A DNA stretch of 64,000 nucleotides, counting the filler, from Asterionella formosa (taxonomy: Eukaryota): assembly GCA_002256025.1 (NCBI GenBank). It is 16 parts of 16 records of this genome, joined end to end, with 100 filler letters (N's around TTAATTAATTAA, not from the genome) between each part and the next. Parts side by side here need not be neighbours in the genome. Positions count along the whole stretch, not along the records: positions 42,753 to 44,789 come from NKIB01000570.1; positions 44,890 to 46,926 come from NKIB01000571.1; positions 47,027 to 49,063 come from NKIB01000573.1; positions 49,164 to 51,199 come from NKIB01000574.1; positions 51,300 to 53,335 come from NKIB01000575.1; positions 53,436 to 55,470 come from NKIB01000577.1; positions 55,571 to 57,604 come from NKIB01000578.1; 9 more parts are not named here. One strand, 5' to 3'. Below are positions 44,028 through 55,849 of this stretch, piece after piece. The first letter of the stretch is position 1. Each line of letters opens with the position of its first letter. A program made the position numbers and the translations under genes. The notes under the pieces were generated by a model. The model saw nothing but the letters and a program-made list of their open reading frames with translations, ran no database searches and was not told the DNA's origin.

Positions 44028-44714
44028 ATGTCTGACAACAGAGAATCGCATATGGAAGCACATTATCACGTCTCCTTCGAGCTTCCACAAGCGTTAGACA
44101 AGGAGAATGTCAACTGGCAGCGCCAACCGAAGGTCATGACTCACAAGTCGCCCTTTAAATCTCCAGCACGCAGACACCACACACCGTATTCAACACCACT
44201 CAAGACTCCCTTCTCTACGCCCGCCCGCAACACTCCTGACGTACCGGGATCGTCCAAGCTGCTTCGCCAGCACTTCCAACACTTGTCCCTCACACCCAAG
44301 CGACGATTAGTGGAATCGGGCGCTCGTCGCAACACTGCCACGATGGAACGACGGCTGATTGGACGTGTGGGATACGACGGTACCAACGAAACTCCCTCCA
44401 AGGAGCTCTTGAAATCTACAACGGCAAGTCGGAGTCAGAGAGTGGTTGATACACAATATTCGCAAGAGGACGACTGGAGTCTGTCTGTCGATGTTAGTCT
44501 GGATTCGACTATGATGCAGATGTCGGTGGGGGAATCGCCGCGCAGCATCGGAGGGTCGAGAGATTTTCAAGATCCTGTCGCACTCACTTTATCAAATGAA
44601 GATTATGACATGGATATTGTTACCGTACCCAAGGTGGCGTCTACTTTATTGGATGTCATGGATGACGATGTGGCAACATCGTTGGTGCGTCCACTGCCGA
44701 GACGGCGCTATTGA
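44028..44714 (+). CDS. Disordered hypothetical protein (228 aa) with a KEN box and clustered CDK consensus sites
   Basis: GC-richer open frame; gcaATG start; DKENV; SPFK, SPAR, TPLK, TPAR, TPKR and TPSK; KRRL. Confidence 0.7.
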   Translation: MSDNRESHMEAHYHVSFELPQALDKENVNWQRQPKVMTHKSPFKSPARRHHTPYSTPLKTPFSTPARNTPDVPGSSKLLRQHFQHLSLTPKRRLVESGARRNTATMERRLIGRVGYDGTNETPSKELLKSTTASRSQRVVDTQYSQEDDWSLSVDVSLDSTMMQMSVGESPRSIGGSRDFQDPVALTLSNEDYDMDIVTVPKVASTLLDVMDDDVATSLVRPLPRRRY

Positions 44715-47101
44715 TACACTGTGATAATAGTCAAGAAATAGCAATAATTCATCTACACATAAGGAACAAATATATTTCGAAGGACTCCANNNNNNNNNNN
44801 NNNNNNNNNNNNNNNNNNNNNNNNNNNNNNNNNTTAATTAATTAANNNNNNNNNNNNNNNNNNNNNNNNNNNNNNNNNNNNNNNNNNNNTAATTCTGGTC
44901 CAATAATCATATAAGTGATGTGATTGAATCTTCTCAATTTCTATCACTTATCCAAGTTGTATAACCTACACAAATTATTACCGTTGTAGGATTAGGTACA
45001 AATGTGTAGGTACAGGACACCAGGTTTTCTGGGTAGCAAGGCATTTTAATTCTTGTTTGTTATCATACAGTCAGCCAGTCTAGGGTAGTTGGAACCACTA
45101 CATCTAAGCCGCGTATTACGTGAAGTGACCATCACATAAATAAGGCTAGTTGATTTTGAATGGATCACATGAATTAGTTGAAGACATCAAAATGCTTACT
45201 TGAATATATCAATGTATTATCTGGAAAAAGTACTATCAAATAATGTTGATTCCTAATTCAACTACCGGTATTTCACATTACATGGGAAACAAATCTCGAT
45301 ATGCAATCAAACAAAGCTGTTCTATCAGAATGGAATCTTTAGTCTTGAGGAGGCATGCATTATGAGACATCTGTAAGGACATTGCAAGACGAAGAGAAGC
45401 CATTCATTCAGAAGCGAAAAATTATTCACTCTTGAACAGGCATCATTGTATGAAGTTGCAAAATGAATGAATCACACGCTGGCTTCCTTCTTGTCCTTGA
45501 AATGACTTCTTCATTGACCTGCAAAGATTAACATAACAATAGTGTGTCAGTAATTCATGTGATAGAACTAGCAATAGCAGAAAGCAACACACATATGTAG
45601 TAGTATTCAACTGTTCCTTGCTCAGGGCAGTCGAATTAAAACAACAAACCGGCAACAACCACGCAGCACTACAACTTATTGATGCGTTCAAAAGAATGCT
45701 CCTGCTGTGAAATGGAAGGCTAAAATGTAAAATAAATGTAGAGAACAATAATAGAACCATGTGATTTATCGCTCGCTTTGCTGATACAATGACAAAAACT
45801 GAAGATTGAGCTTACCTTAAAGGCCTCCATTGCGGGTCTCCATTTTGTATCATTTCACCCTCGATCACTCATGCTTTCCAAAGAACACTCCTTTTCTGAA
45901 AAGGCCTGTTCAAATGTCATATGAATTTTGAAAACAACAGCATATCAGTATGAGTTATCCTTCGCTTTGTGATATGATAGCAAAAATAGCAAGCAAATAA
46001 ATCTTACCTTAAAAGCATCTATTGCTTACAATCTCAATGTTGTATCATTCCACCTTCTGTTATTGCAACAAACAATATGTGAGTTCTTGGCTGATGAAGG
46101 ATTTGTTAATGGTGAGGTGCTGAAAAGCTTGAAGGGGGATGCTGGTTTTAAGGGTCGTCCCCATGTTGAAAACATATTGTGCACAGTGTTGGTTAAATGT
46201 TGTCTTTATGAATTCAGAGGGGGTCAAAAATCCTGGCGCAGCCATGACTTCATCTTTGTACCAACAGAACCTACAATCTACACAAAATACCTGGCGCAGT
46301 CTTACTTCGTCGGGACAAATTCTGATGCTACAAGTGTGTCCTAAAACAAATATGACAAGAAGGAGCGAGAGGACACAACCAATGGTTACTCTTTATATTT
46401 TCACAGTACGAACGCCATTTTCTATTGCAACAAGGGGAATACGGGAATGCTGGTAGGGCAAAGCAACCTAAAGTTTCACAGTAGGCACGTAGAAATGAGT
46501 ACAGTTTCACAGTATGAACGGCATAATTCCTATTGTAACAAGAAGGGGATGACGGAAATACTGGTAGGGCAAACAACCTACAGTCTCACACTTGCTTTTA
46601 ATGACAACCTGGTTCCTACCAGCCAGCAGGAGTGCCTGGTGGTACCATACAGTACAGCTATTTGAGTGCAGTTTTAAGGTACCAGGTACCTGCTAGCCCC
46701 CCAGGTACCAGTAAAAAACTGCCATGACCCATTGAGTTAGGGTGTTTGCTTGACTCCTCCGACTAATGGTAAATTCTACCGAATTGCGGATCCGTTTGTT
46801 CAATAGTGTCAGAGCAATATCGATCAATCAAGCTGTCGTGTTAGAATTCTGATTGAACGATTTCATCAGAAGATATGATGATAACAAAACAGCTAAAAAG
46901 TGATTTCAATGGGTCACGGCAGCATANNNNNNNNNNNNNNNNNNNNNNNNNNNNNNNNNNNNNNNNNNNNTTAATTAATTAANNNNNNNNNNNNNNNNNN
47001 NNNNNNNNNNNNNNNNNNNNNNNNNNAGACCGACATCCCACAACACACATCATAGCTGGTTCAACTTGCTTTCCATCCGTTGTAACATACCATCAGGCAC
47101 C

Positions 47102-48784
47102 ATGAGGACAAGCAACGCCGAAGAAGCACACGCTTCCCCATCATCCAGCAACGTTCCTCTCCTTGTCGCAGCCTTCCTGGCCTCCTTGACTACAGGTGGA
47201 ACCACCTACGGCTTTGGCATCTATGGAGCTGCGCTCAAACATTCTCTCGCGCTCTCCGAAACCGAGTTGGACACTATCAGTTCCGCGAACTTCTGCGCTG
47301 GCCTCTTAAGTGGCTTACCAGGGATGTGCAGTGACAGATTCGGGCCACGATGTGCCCTGAGCAGTGGTGGGATCTCGGGAGCTGTGTCGCTCCTCCTCTA
47401 TTGGGCTGTTGCTAAGCAAATCATCCCTGTCGATCGATCCTTCCTAGTGCCCGTGTTGTGTGCCCTAGGGGTCATGGTCTTCATGTCGTCGTCCCTGGTC
47501 ACTGGCGCAGTCTTTAAACTTATTGTCTCCACATGTGGGCCCGGCACGAAGGGATCTGCTGTCGGAGCAGCCAAGGGATACGTCGGGTTAGGAGCTGGCG
47601 CGTACGCCATTTTGTTTCAGAGTTTGCGTGGAAATGGACTTTTGGAAAGCGACTTGGATTTCCTACCCATGGCAGCGTTTTGCACGCTCTTTGCTGTGAC
47701 TCTGCCCTCATTGTGCCTGCTCCCGTCGAAGCAAGACTTTGATGCTGGTCCAACCACCGATCTATCCACTTCGACGCACTTTCGAACACTCTACTTGGGA
47801 TTGGTAGCTTTGGCAATTTTGGTATTGGGAAACTCGCTGGTCTCTCTCTTTTTTAAGAGCGATGACGATGTGGGCCCGGATTATTTCATGGCGGCTGTCA
47901 TTTTGTTTGTATGGTTTGGTCCCATAATCGGATTGCTCTGTCTACCTGATTCCACGCATACAGCATTGCCAACAGAAGAATTTGGACTTGTTCCTCTGAA
48001 TGAAGGGAGACGACGATTTCGAGATGAACCAAGTTCAAGCTATGATGACGAAGATGAAGATGATCAAGTTGTTGTACAGGAACGACATGACACACGAAAT
48101 CTATGGCAAATGCTTGGCACCTTTCCAGCCTGGCTTATGCTTTGGACAACCACCATCCTGGTTGGGGGTGGAACTATCATGACCAACAACATGGGTCAAA
48201 TGGTGGAAGCGTTGCGCTTTTCACCAGTTGTCAGCCCTGCATCCTTGGCTTTGTTTAGTGTGTTTCAAGCTGGATCTCGTGTTGTTACTGGTGCCGTATC
48301 TGAGTCGGCCCTGACTTGGCATTGCTTTTGGCCGAGACCTGCATTTTTTATTGTTGCATCACTTGTTGGATTTTTGGCACATGTGGTATTGGCAGGGGCA
48401 ACGACAGAATTTCCTTTTGTAGTCGGGGTTGTCCTTAGTGGGATCGCTTTTGGAATGATTTGGCCTCTCATGGTCTTGATTGTTGGTGACCTGTATGGAA
48501 AGGAGAATGTGGGAGCCAACTACATGTTCTATGATGGCTTCACTAGTGCAATTGGAACGTTGGCAATTTCAAAGTACATTGCACAGTCAGTGTACGAAAA
48601 TCATATTGATGGGCCAGACACTCTCACGTGCTATGGGACTGGCTGCTTTCAAGCGTCCCATCTGATTGTTGCAGCTCTTTCTGTATCTTGTGTTTTCACA
48701 AGTGCCTGCATGTTATTCACAAGGCTGACTAGGGAATGCTACTCTAATGTCAATCGGTCAATGCATCAGATACATGTATCATAA
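47102..48784 (+). CDS. MFS transporter, Nodulin-like/NFD4/Mch1 type
   Basis: Multiple hydrophobic segments in two halves with an acidic central loop; GGTTYGFGIYG, DRFGPR, KGSAVGAAKGYVGLGAG, NNMGQMV and CYGTGCF (the NFD4-type C.G..CF loop). Confidence 0.9.
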   Translation: MRTSNAEEAHASPSSSNVPLLVAAFLASLTTGGTTYGFGIYGAALKHSLALSETELDTISSANFCAGLLSGLPGMCSDRFGPRCALSSGGISGAVSLLLYWAVAKQIIPVDRSFLVPVLCALGVMVFMSSSLVTGAVFKLIVSTCGPGTKGSAVGAAKGYVGLGAGAYAILFQSLRGNGLLESDLDFLPMAAFCTLFAVTLPSLCLLPSKQDFDAGPTTDLSTSTHFRTLYLGLVALAILVLGNSLVSLFFKSDDDVGPDYFMAAVILFVWFGPIIGLLCLPDSTHTALPTEEFGLVPLNEGRRRFRDEPSSSYDDEDEDDQVVVQERHDTRNLWQMLGTFPAWLMLWTTTILVGGGTIMTNNMGQMVEALRFSPVVSPASLALFSVFQAGSRVVTGAVSESALTWHCFWPRPAFFIVASLVGFLAHVVLAGATTEFPFVVGVVLSGIAFGMIWPLMVLIVGDLYGKENVGANYMFYDGFTSAIGTLAISKYIAQSVYENHIDGPDTLTCYGTGCFQASHLIVAALSVSCVFTSACMLFTRLTRECYSNVNRSMHQIHVS

Positions 48785-50040
48785 ATCATGCTAAGCTCAT
48801 TGAGTCATAGTCCATCTTTCAAATGTTTAGAAAATATAAAGACATTCACTACTAGTTTTTAGTAACACAGTATAATAATGGAAGGCACTGCATCACCATG
48901 GTACCTATCAAATGTAGCCATAAAAAGCTGTTTTAGACCTCTATATTCCCGATTTTGGACTAATTTAGGAATATCAAAAAAGGACACTAAATAAGCCCTT
49001 ACTTGAGCTAGGCATTTATTGGTCACATCACTTTGATAGATATCATGAGTCTTCCGTTCTAGCNNNNNNNNNNNNNNNNNNNNNNNNNNNNNNNNNNNNN
49101 NNNNNNNTTAATTAATTAANNNNNNNNNNNNNNNNNNNNNNNNNNNNNNNNNNNNNNNNNNNNTGCATGCTTGTGGCGTCAAAAAAACGAAATGCATGCT
49201 ACAAAACAAAACATCATTTTATCATGCATTCTCAATAAAGTGACAAGATCACCAAGAAAGTGAATGCCCAATAGATGTGCATTTGAGAAATCATGCATTT
49301 CTTTACAATGGAATTGACCGCAATCATGAAATAGCAGGTAGATAAAACAAGCGAATATTACTAGGAAGGGCAGAATGTTAATGGAAAACTCAAAGTTCAT
49401 TACCCACCAAATGTGAGAAAAATCATAAACAACCATTTGGAAAATTCACAGAGAAAACCACAAGAAATAAAGTGACAGCGAGAGTGAGAATCTGGATACT
49501 CAGGCAAACACAAAAGCAAACAAAACCAGTCAATTTTTGGGTTGACATGATAAGGAAGAATGCCTCCGAAAAATGGCGCAATGAACAAGCTATCTAGTTA
49601 ACTTCATTTATTAAGCACCTTAAGACTACTCAAGTGTGAATAGGGTAGCCCGCATGGCGCTTCCTGGCATTGACAGCCTAGGTTGTATAAAATCTTAACC
49701 TACCCACTATCAACCCATAAAACACGGTGACTTTGGGCGCTGCAAGGCGGGGAAAGGGTGGATACACTCTCTTGAATGAGAGTAGGGAAAATTATGTGTG
49801 CTGTAAATGCCATATTCTGGCACTGCTGGTGAGTTAATATGTCCAAGAAGGCAGATGGCTTGGTTTGATCTTTTAATGAGGCTTTTATTTGCCTCCCATG
49901 TGTTTGCCTTGCCTTTTGTGGTATTTATGGCAGACTCTGATAATATTGTGCAGCTTTAGTATCTGTTTGGATCAAAATGAATTGTGGTGCCATGATCATC
50001 ATGATTTTTCTTGAATGAGTAATGCATCTTATTCCAGCCA

Positions 50041-50286
50041 TTTTGTCAAGCTCCTTGAGTTTCTTGTTGTTTCTGTTGATTCTTTCATGTGTTTGCAGCT
50101 CATTGCGTACGCTGTAGTTATTGTGTAGCCCAAAGCGCCAGTGGAGCACCGCTTCCGATGCCAGTACATCGACAAATGCGCTCTTCAATTGAATGATGCA
50201 TGTTTATGCACTCCATTCATTTTCGTCAAGCTCCTTGAGTTTCTCGTTGTTTCTGTTGATTCTTTCATGTGTTTGTAGCTCATTGC
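50041..50286. repeat. Direct repeat, 2 x ~66 bp, ~180 bp apart
   Basis: gtcaagctccttgagtttct.gttgtttctgttgattctttcatgtgtttg.agctcattgc at ~50045 and ~50226. Confidence 0.9.
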
Positions 50287-50854
50287 ATACAGTGAAGAGA
50301 TTTTGTAGCAAGAGAGGTCTGATTTGATTGCGTGGCTGTAAAAATACATCGCCCTCCATGGTGAGAGGGGTGCTTACCAGTGCTAGTAGGATCGCCATGA
50401 TAGTACTAGATTAGTTTCTTTTGTTTACATTTGGATGCTTTGACAAAATGTGTGCAATGAACAAGCTACCATCATCTTTACCATTAAAAACTAACACATG
50501 AAGGATTATCAGCCAATATATTGCTTCCATCCCCCTTTCATGGGCTAACAATGAGTGCAATGATGATGATGAGTCTCAAAATATACCAGTATTACTAGCT
50601 AGTTACCATGCATAAACGATATTTACAACAAGCAACAGCATTAAGGTAATCCCTAGTTTGGATCATCACAATATCTCTACAGGGTTGTGGAATTTGTATG
50701 GAACAAGGAATTTCTCGGTGTTGTTGATTTTTATGAATCACCATTCTGATTAAATACCATAGCTAGCTATGAATTAGTGGTATACCTGTTATTTATTATA
50801 CACATTTCACCGGTTTTTTGTTACCAGTGACCAGCAGTGTACCGCCATTGTACG

Positions 50855-50944
50855 GCAAGTTGCGGTCATTTTGCTTAAACTAACATTTTGATCTTGGATA
50901 AAGATAGCTAAATCTTTAGTTTCAGCAAAATTACCGCAACTTGC
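50855..50944. mobile_element. 90-bp MITE-like element with 28-bp TIRs; same TIR also at 1242-1265 and 27260-27326
   Basis: gcaagttgcggtcattttgcttaaacta versus the reverse complement of the right end, gcaagttgcggtaattttgctgaaacta (2 mismatches). Confidence 0.8.
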
Positions 50945-51299
50945 AGGTGCATTTATATTTGTCCAACGAACAGGAAATCATTCGACAAAATCATAACAAT
51001 AAATACTAAAGATGAGCTTCACAGGGTGTTGTACGGACATCAACAGTCAGGCCAGGAGGCCTTAGCACCTAAAGAAGCATTTGAAATTTATGGGCACGAT
51101 GGGGTAAGAGAATCACTTTGTTTATCTTTAATCCAAGATGACAGTTGTCAGTCAGGATCTGGTCTTTACCAATATTGGATGAAACCAATTTGGCTATAAN
51201 NNNNNNNNNNNNNNNNNNNNNNNNNNNNNNNNNNNNNNNNNNNTTAATTAATTAANNNNNNNNNNNNNNNNNNNNNNNNNNNNNNNNNNNNNNNNNNNN

Positions 51300-51962
51300 C
51301 TCTTGACAAGTCTCACTGGTCTAGAATTGAGCATCAATGCTTTCAATGGCACACTTCCCACAGAGATTGGACTCTTGACAAGTCTCAATTATCTAGGTTT
51401 GCTCAAAAAAACTTTCACTGGAACACTTCCAACAGAGATTGGACTCTTGACAAAGCTCACCAGTTTGGGATTGAGTATCAATGCATTCAATGGCACACTT
51501 CCCACAGAAGTTGGACTCTTGACAAGTCTCACTGGTCTAGAATTGAGCATCAATGCTTTCAATGGCACACTTCCCACAGAGATTGGACTCTTGACAAGTC
51601 TCAATTATCTAGGATTGGGCAAAAATACTTTGACTGGCACACTTCCAACAGAGATTGGACTCTTGACAAGTCTGACTGGTCTAGGATTGAGCAAGAATGC
51701 TTTCACTGGCACAGTTCCCACAGAGATTGGACTCTTGACAAATCTCAATTTTCTATATTTTCTCACCAATACTTTCAATGGTACACTTCCCACAGAGATT
51801 GGACTCTTGACAAGTCTCACTAAATTACTGTTGAACAAAAACAAATTCACAGGTACAGTGCCTACTGAGATTGGACTTTTGACAAATCTCATCATACTAT
51901 GGTTGAGCAACAATACATTCACTGGTTTGGTACCCCCAGATATTGGTTCCATCAGGTATTAG
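51300..51962 (+). CDS. LRR protein fragment, nine 24-aa (72-bp) tandem LRRs, 5'-truncated by the contig end
   Basis: LLTxLxxLxLxxNxFxGTLPTEIG x9; frame open from the gap. Confidence 0.85.
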   Translation, partial: LLTSLTGLELSINAFNGTLPTEIGLLTSLNYLGLLKKTFTGTLPTEIGLLTKLTSLGLSINAFNGTLPTEVGLLTSLTGLELSINAFNGTLPTEIGLLTSLNYLGLGKNTLTGTLPTEIGLLTSLTGLGLSKNAFTGTVPTEIGLLTNLNFLYFLTNTFNGTLPTEIGLLTSLTKLLLNKNKFTGTVPTEIGLLTNLIILWLSNNTFTGLVPPDIGSIRY

Positions 51963-53435
51963 CGGCTCATGTGTGATGCACAGAATCAGATAAAATTTAC
52001 ACATTTTAGTGACATTATTAGGTTTCATATTTAGTTGCATTACTATATTTATATACATAAAAGATAAATTATTTTCAGGTTTGCTAAACATATGTATGCG
52101 GGCATGTAATAGTAACCAAACTCTCACAAGACGTGAACAAAGGCAGAATCAAGGCCTCAGTTGGAATCTTTTCAATGCACTTGAGCTTGTTCAAACTTCA
52201 ATTGTATAAGTGATTTCACATGGCATGCCCTTTAGGAAGAATGATAATCATACTGGAATAGTCAAGACAATGATTGTCATCTGGATAGGCTTTCTTGTCA
52301 AAGGAACGGTCAAGATGTGGTGGCGGACAAAGTTGGAACATGTCTGTTGGAACGCGCCATCACCTGTGAATTTCATCAATGGACTACAATTTATCAAGAC
52401 ACCTGGGTGTTCAGACAAGTATGTGCTGATGAGTTGCTGGGATTGGTTGTTGAATTGCAATACACATGATGTTTATTTCCAATTGTTTGTTTTGTGATTT
52501 CATGAACTAACATGTGAACATCACATCTCCTTCCTATAACAAAATAAAGTAGCAACCAGATTTCACAAAATGCATGATATCATGATGAAAATTATGAACA
52601 AAACATTATTCCAGCATGTCGACACATCACTTCGCAGTGTTTCATAATAACTGTTGCCATCCCTGAAAATTGTAGTCAATGGGCGGACCTTTTCTTTATG
52701 GTCAACCAAATACTGATGGTAGGTAAATTGGCCATTTTGATGGATGTTTGACACCAGGCAGAATACCTATTAGCATGACATTAGAATAAGAATTTTTTAA
52801 AGTACGCTTTTATTGAGACTCAAGTATGGAGTTTGTGGAGTTGCACTAGAGCCCAATGGGACCCAAAGGAAGCAATGATGAGTGAGGGTGAGTCCATTGA
52901 GGGAATCTTAGGGATTGCAGACTAGGAAACAACCGTAGAGATGGTAAGCAAGGGTAAGGAGCCCACATAAGGCTCTTTGAGTGTGTATAGATCAGCCAGT
53001 ATTGTTAGGAACTGATGGAAGAGAGGAAAGCCAATCAAGAAGGACAAAGGAAGTATGGCAACTGCATGGCCATTTTGAGAAAATTGTTTTAAATGAGAGG
53101 CGGAATTTGAAGAATCAATTGAATTGGTAGTAGCGTGATGACGACATAAGGTGAGGGCAAGAGAAGGGTCTTGAGAGACACAGAAAGTATATGGCAAAAT
53201 GTATTGCAATTTCGGTGAATTTAAAATTGAATTGTGAATCCTGGCAGGCAAGTGCCAGGATGAAATGTGGGGCAAAATGGTTTTGAGGGCTGTGAGGATT
53301 GCCGCTATTGCATTGGGGTGGTTGGTTCCAAAATTNNNNNNNNNNNNNNNNNNNNNNNNNNNNNNNNNNNNNNNNNNNNTTAATTAATTAANNNNNNNNN
53401 NNNNNNNNNNNNNNNNNNNNNNNNNNNNNNNNNNN

Positions 53436-55470
53436 CTCTATACGCAAATCAGCTCCAGAAGAAGCTTCATGGCAACTTCGTCATTACCATTGAAGAGAGG
53501 GAGAACTTGGAGAAGAAGTTCAAGCCCGTAGCTATGGTTGTTGTGGAGCAAAAAGAGTTTCCAACTCCTATTGCTTGTATTCACTATCTGGTGACAAGTA
53601 ACCATAACTCAACCCATGATTTGCACAAGTACAAAGAACGTGGAATGGGTCAGCTGCTGATCCAAGCTGCTACTCGTCTTCGTATCGATGAGGAGGCCTG
53701 GAACTGTGCATACCCAGGATGTCCTTCCCAACATCAACCAGTTTTTGCGCAGGTGCTGGGCAATGCGGTTGAGTGGTATAAATCCTTGGGATTTGTACAC
53801 TGCAATCCTATTCCTTGGATGGACAGGATCAATCATCCTCTTGAAAACCTTCTTCATGATGAGAGGAACAAGAACGATGGCGATGTTGATTCATACAATT
53901 ATGGACCTGATATGCCAGAACCAGCAAATTTCGAGACCTTTCCTATCGTGCGTTTGCGAACAAATATAACTGGGAGTCTTCTTTCAGCCACTCATTATGA
54001 TCTTCTTGATCATCAATTGGAAGAGCAAGCCTATGTGTACTCGATGTTTCTTCCCATTGGGGGTTTCATCTACAAGCAACCAAAAGGTATGTTCGTTTAC
54101 TTTATATGCTGTATTCATATTCATTTATTCATTCACACATTTCTATTTTTGCATTCATCGCCTGACAGAGGTGATGAATGCGAAGGCAGCTATCAGATCA
54201 GAGTATGCCCGCTTGGAAGCGCCTTCTTATGCGCTCGGAAAGCGTGCGAGGAGAGGCACTTTGCAGAAGGCTGCTTCTATAGTTACAGCAGGATCAACAC
54301 AGGCACAATCCCGAGTGTTGCAGAAGAGTGTTCCAAAGAAAGCTGCAAAGACGAGGATGAAGACTCCTCAAAGAGCTGTTGCTGCAAAAGCTGTTGCACT
54401 CAAGCTTTCTGCCAAGGCTACTCCCAAGCATGATGCTACCAAAGCCATCACATCCAAAGCAGGTGCTTACAACGCTGCGAAGTCAACAGCCAGGAGCCGA
54501 GATGTTGCATCAATGCCTGTAACTAATCCTTACGAAGAATCTGAATCGAACTGCAAACCAGCCGCGATTCCCAGCAAAAAAGTATCGAAACCAGACTCTA
54601 AACCAGCTGCCATAAACAGGAAAAAAGTATCCAAACCGGATTCCAAATCAGCTGCCACCTCCAGCAAATTGGTCTCCAAACCGGAGTCCCAACAAAATGC
54701 TGTGCCAATAATCAAGAAACGATCGAAGGCTACCTGGCCCCCTTCTAGTTCTATTTCCAAGAAATCACGAATTTCTTCCAAGGACAATGATGTGATTAGT
54801 CTAACAGATGATGATAGTAGTGAGTCAAAGGCAACTGCCTCAAAGAATGACCTCCTCCATTGTGTCAATCCTGAACGACCTTCTGTTGTCAATTTCGACA
54901 AAAGTAACCAGAATGTGATCAAGCTGGAACTCATCCTGTCCCACCATGGGATAAGGTCGAAACAATTTGACCTAGCAGGAATTCTTGCTTCACGCAGAGC
55001 AATCACCACTCAAAGGCTCAGCTCTCAAGGCAGTTTCAAGGGTGTCACTAACACAGCAAATATTTCAAGCTTGCTGTATCAGGCTGATGCAGCCTACCAC
55101 CAATTTCGTCAGGAGTGCTTGCAGTATGCGGAACGAATGTTGTTCCCATCGTCAAATGAAGATTTGATGAAAAATATTAGCAAGTCGCCTCTCACTGGGA
55201 ACAAGGGTGTGGAAGAGAGTGCAAAGTGGATGCACAGTTTTCAAGACCCTACTTTTGGCGTTTCCAACAGGTTTGACTCCAAGAGAATTGTTGATGTTCA
55301 GGTCCTACCTTCACCACCTTTGACCAACATTAACAATGAGGGGCGTAAAAACATCGAGCAAGAAACCTTGATTTCTTCCAAGGAAAAGAACATTGTAAAG
55401 GCCAAAGAAGCTGTGGTCCCAACTCCACCAGCTTTGCTTAACAATATTTCTAGTCCAGTCAAAAATCCTG
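53436..55470 (+). CDS. GNAT-family acetyltransferase-like domain followed by a long Lys/Ala/Ser-rich region; partial at both ends; intron 54087-54168
   Basis: IHYLVTS...YKERGMGQLLIQ (motif A-like) and NAVEWYKSLGF (motif B-like); the 82-bp GTATGT...CAG intron joins KQPK-E-VMNAKAAIR in frame. Confidence 0.65.
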
Positions 55471-55849
55471 NNNNNNNNNNNNNNNNNNNNNNNNNNNNNN
55501 NNNNNNNNNNNNNNTTAATTAATTAANNNNNNNNNNNNNNNNNNNNNNNNNNNNNNNNNNNNNNNNNNNNACAAGAAGAAAGGACACTATCGGCGACGGC
55601 GATTCCAAATATATTTTAACATAAAAATGTGTTAGTGAACGTTATAAATGGGCGTGCTCTGACAATAAAAAGTTACCAAAAATTATAATATTCCGTACCG
55701 GTATATAATTTGAAACTAATCGATGTACATAAATACACAGCAATCAGCCTCCAGTGTAAATTTATGTATATCGATCTTCATCTGTTTTACAATGCTAAGA
55801 TGTCATCATCCTCTTCAGCCAGGTCAATGGGGACCACACAGGGAGGGCT

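Noticed and set aside
36339..48784. Apparent gene cluster of protease-Hog, peroxiredoxin, KEN protein and MFS transporter
   Set aside because: Each gene is on a separate, size-sorted contig, so adjacency is not genomic
51300..51950. CRISPR-like alternation of ~39-bp constant and ~33-bp variable segments
   Set aside because: The period is exactly 72 bp and in frame, the 'spacers' are homologous to one another and encode LRR strands, there are no cas genes, and the context is eukaryotic
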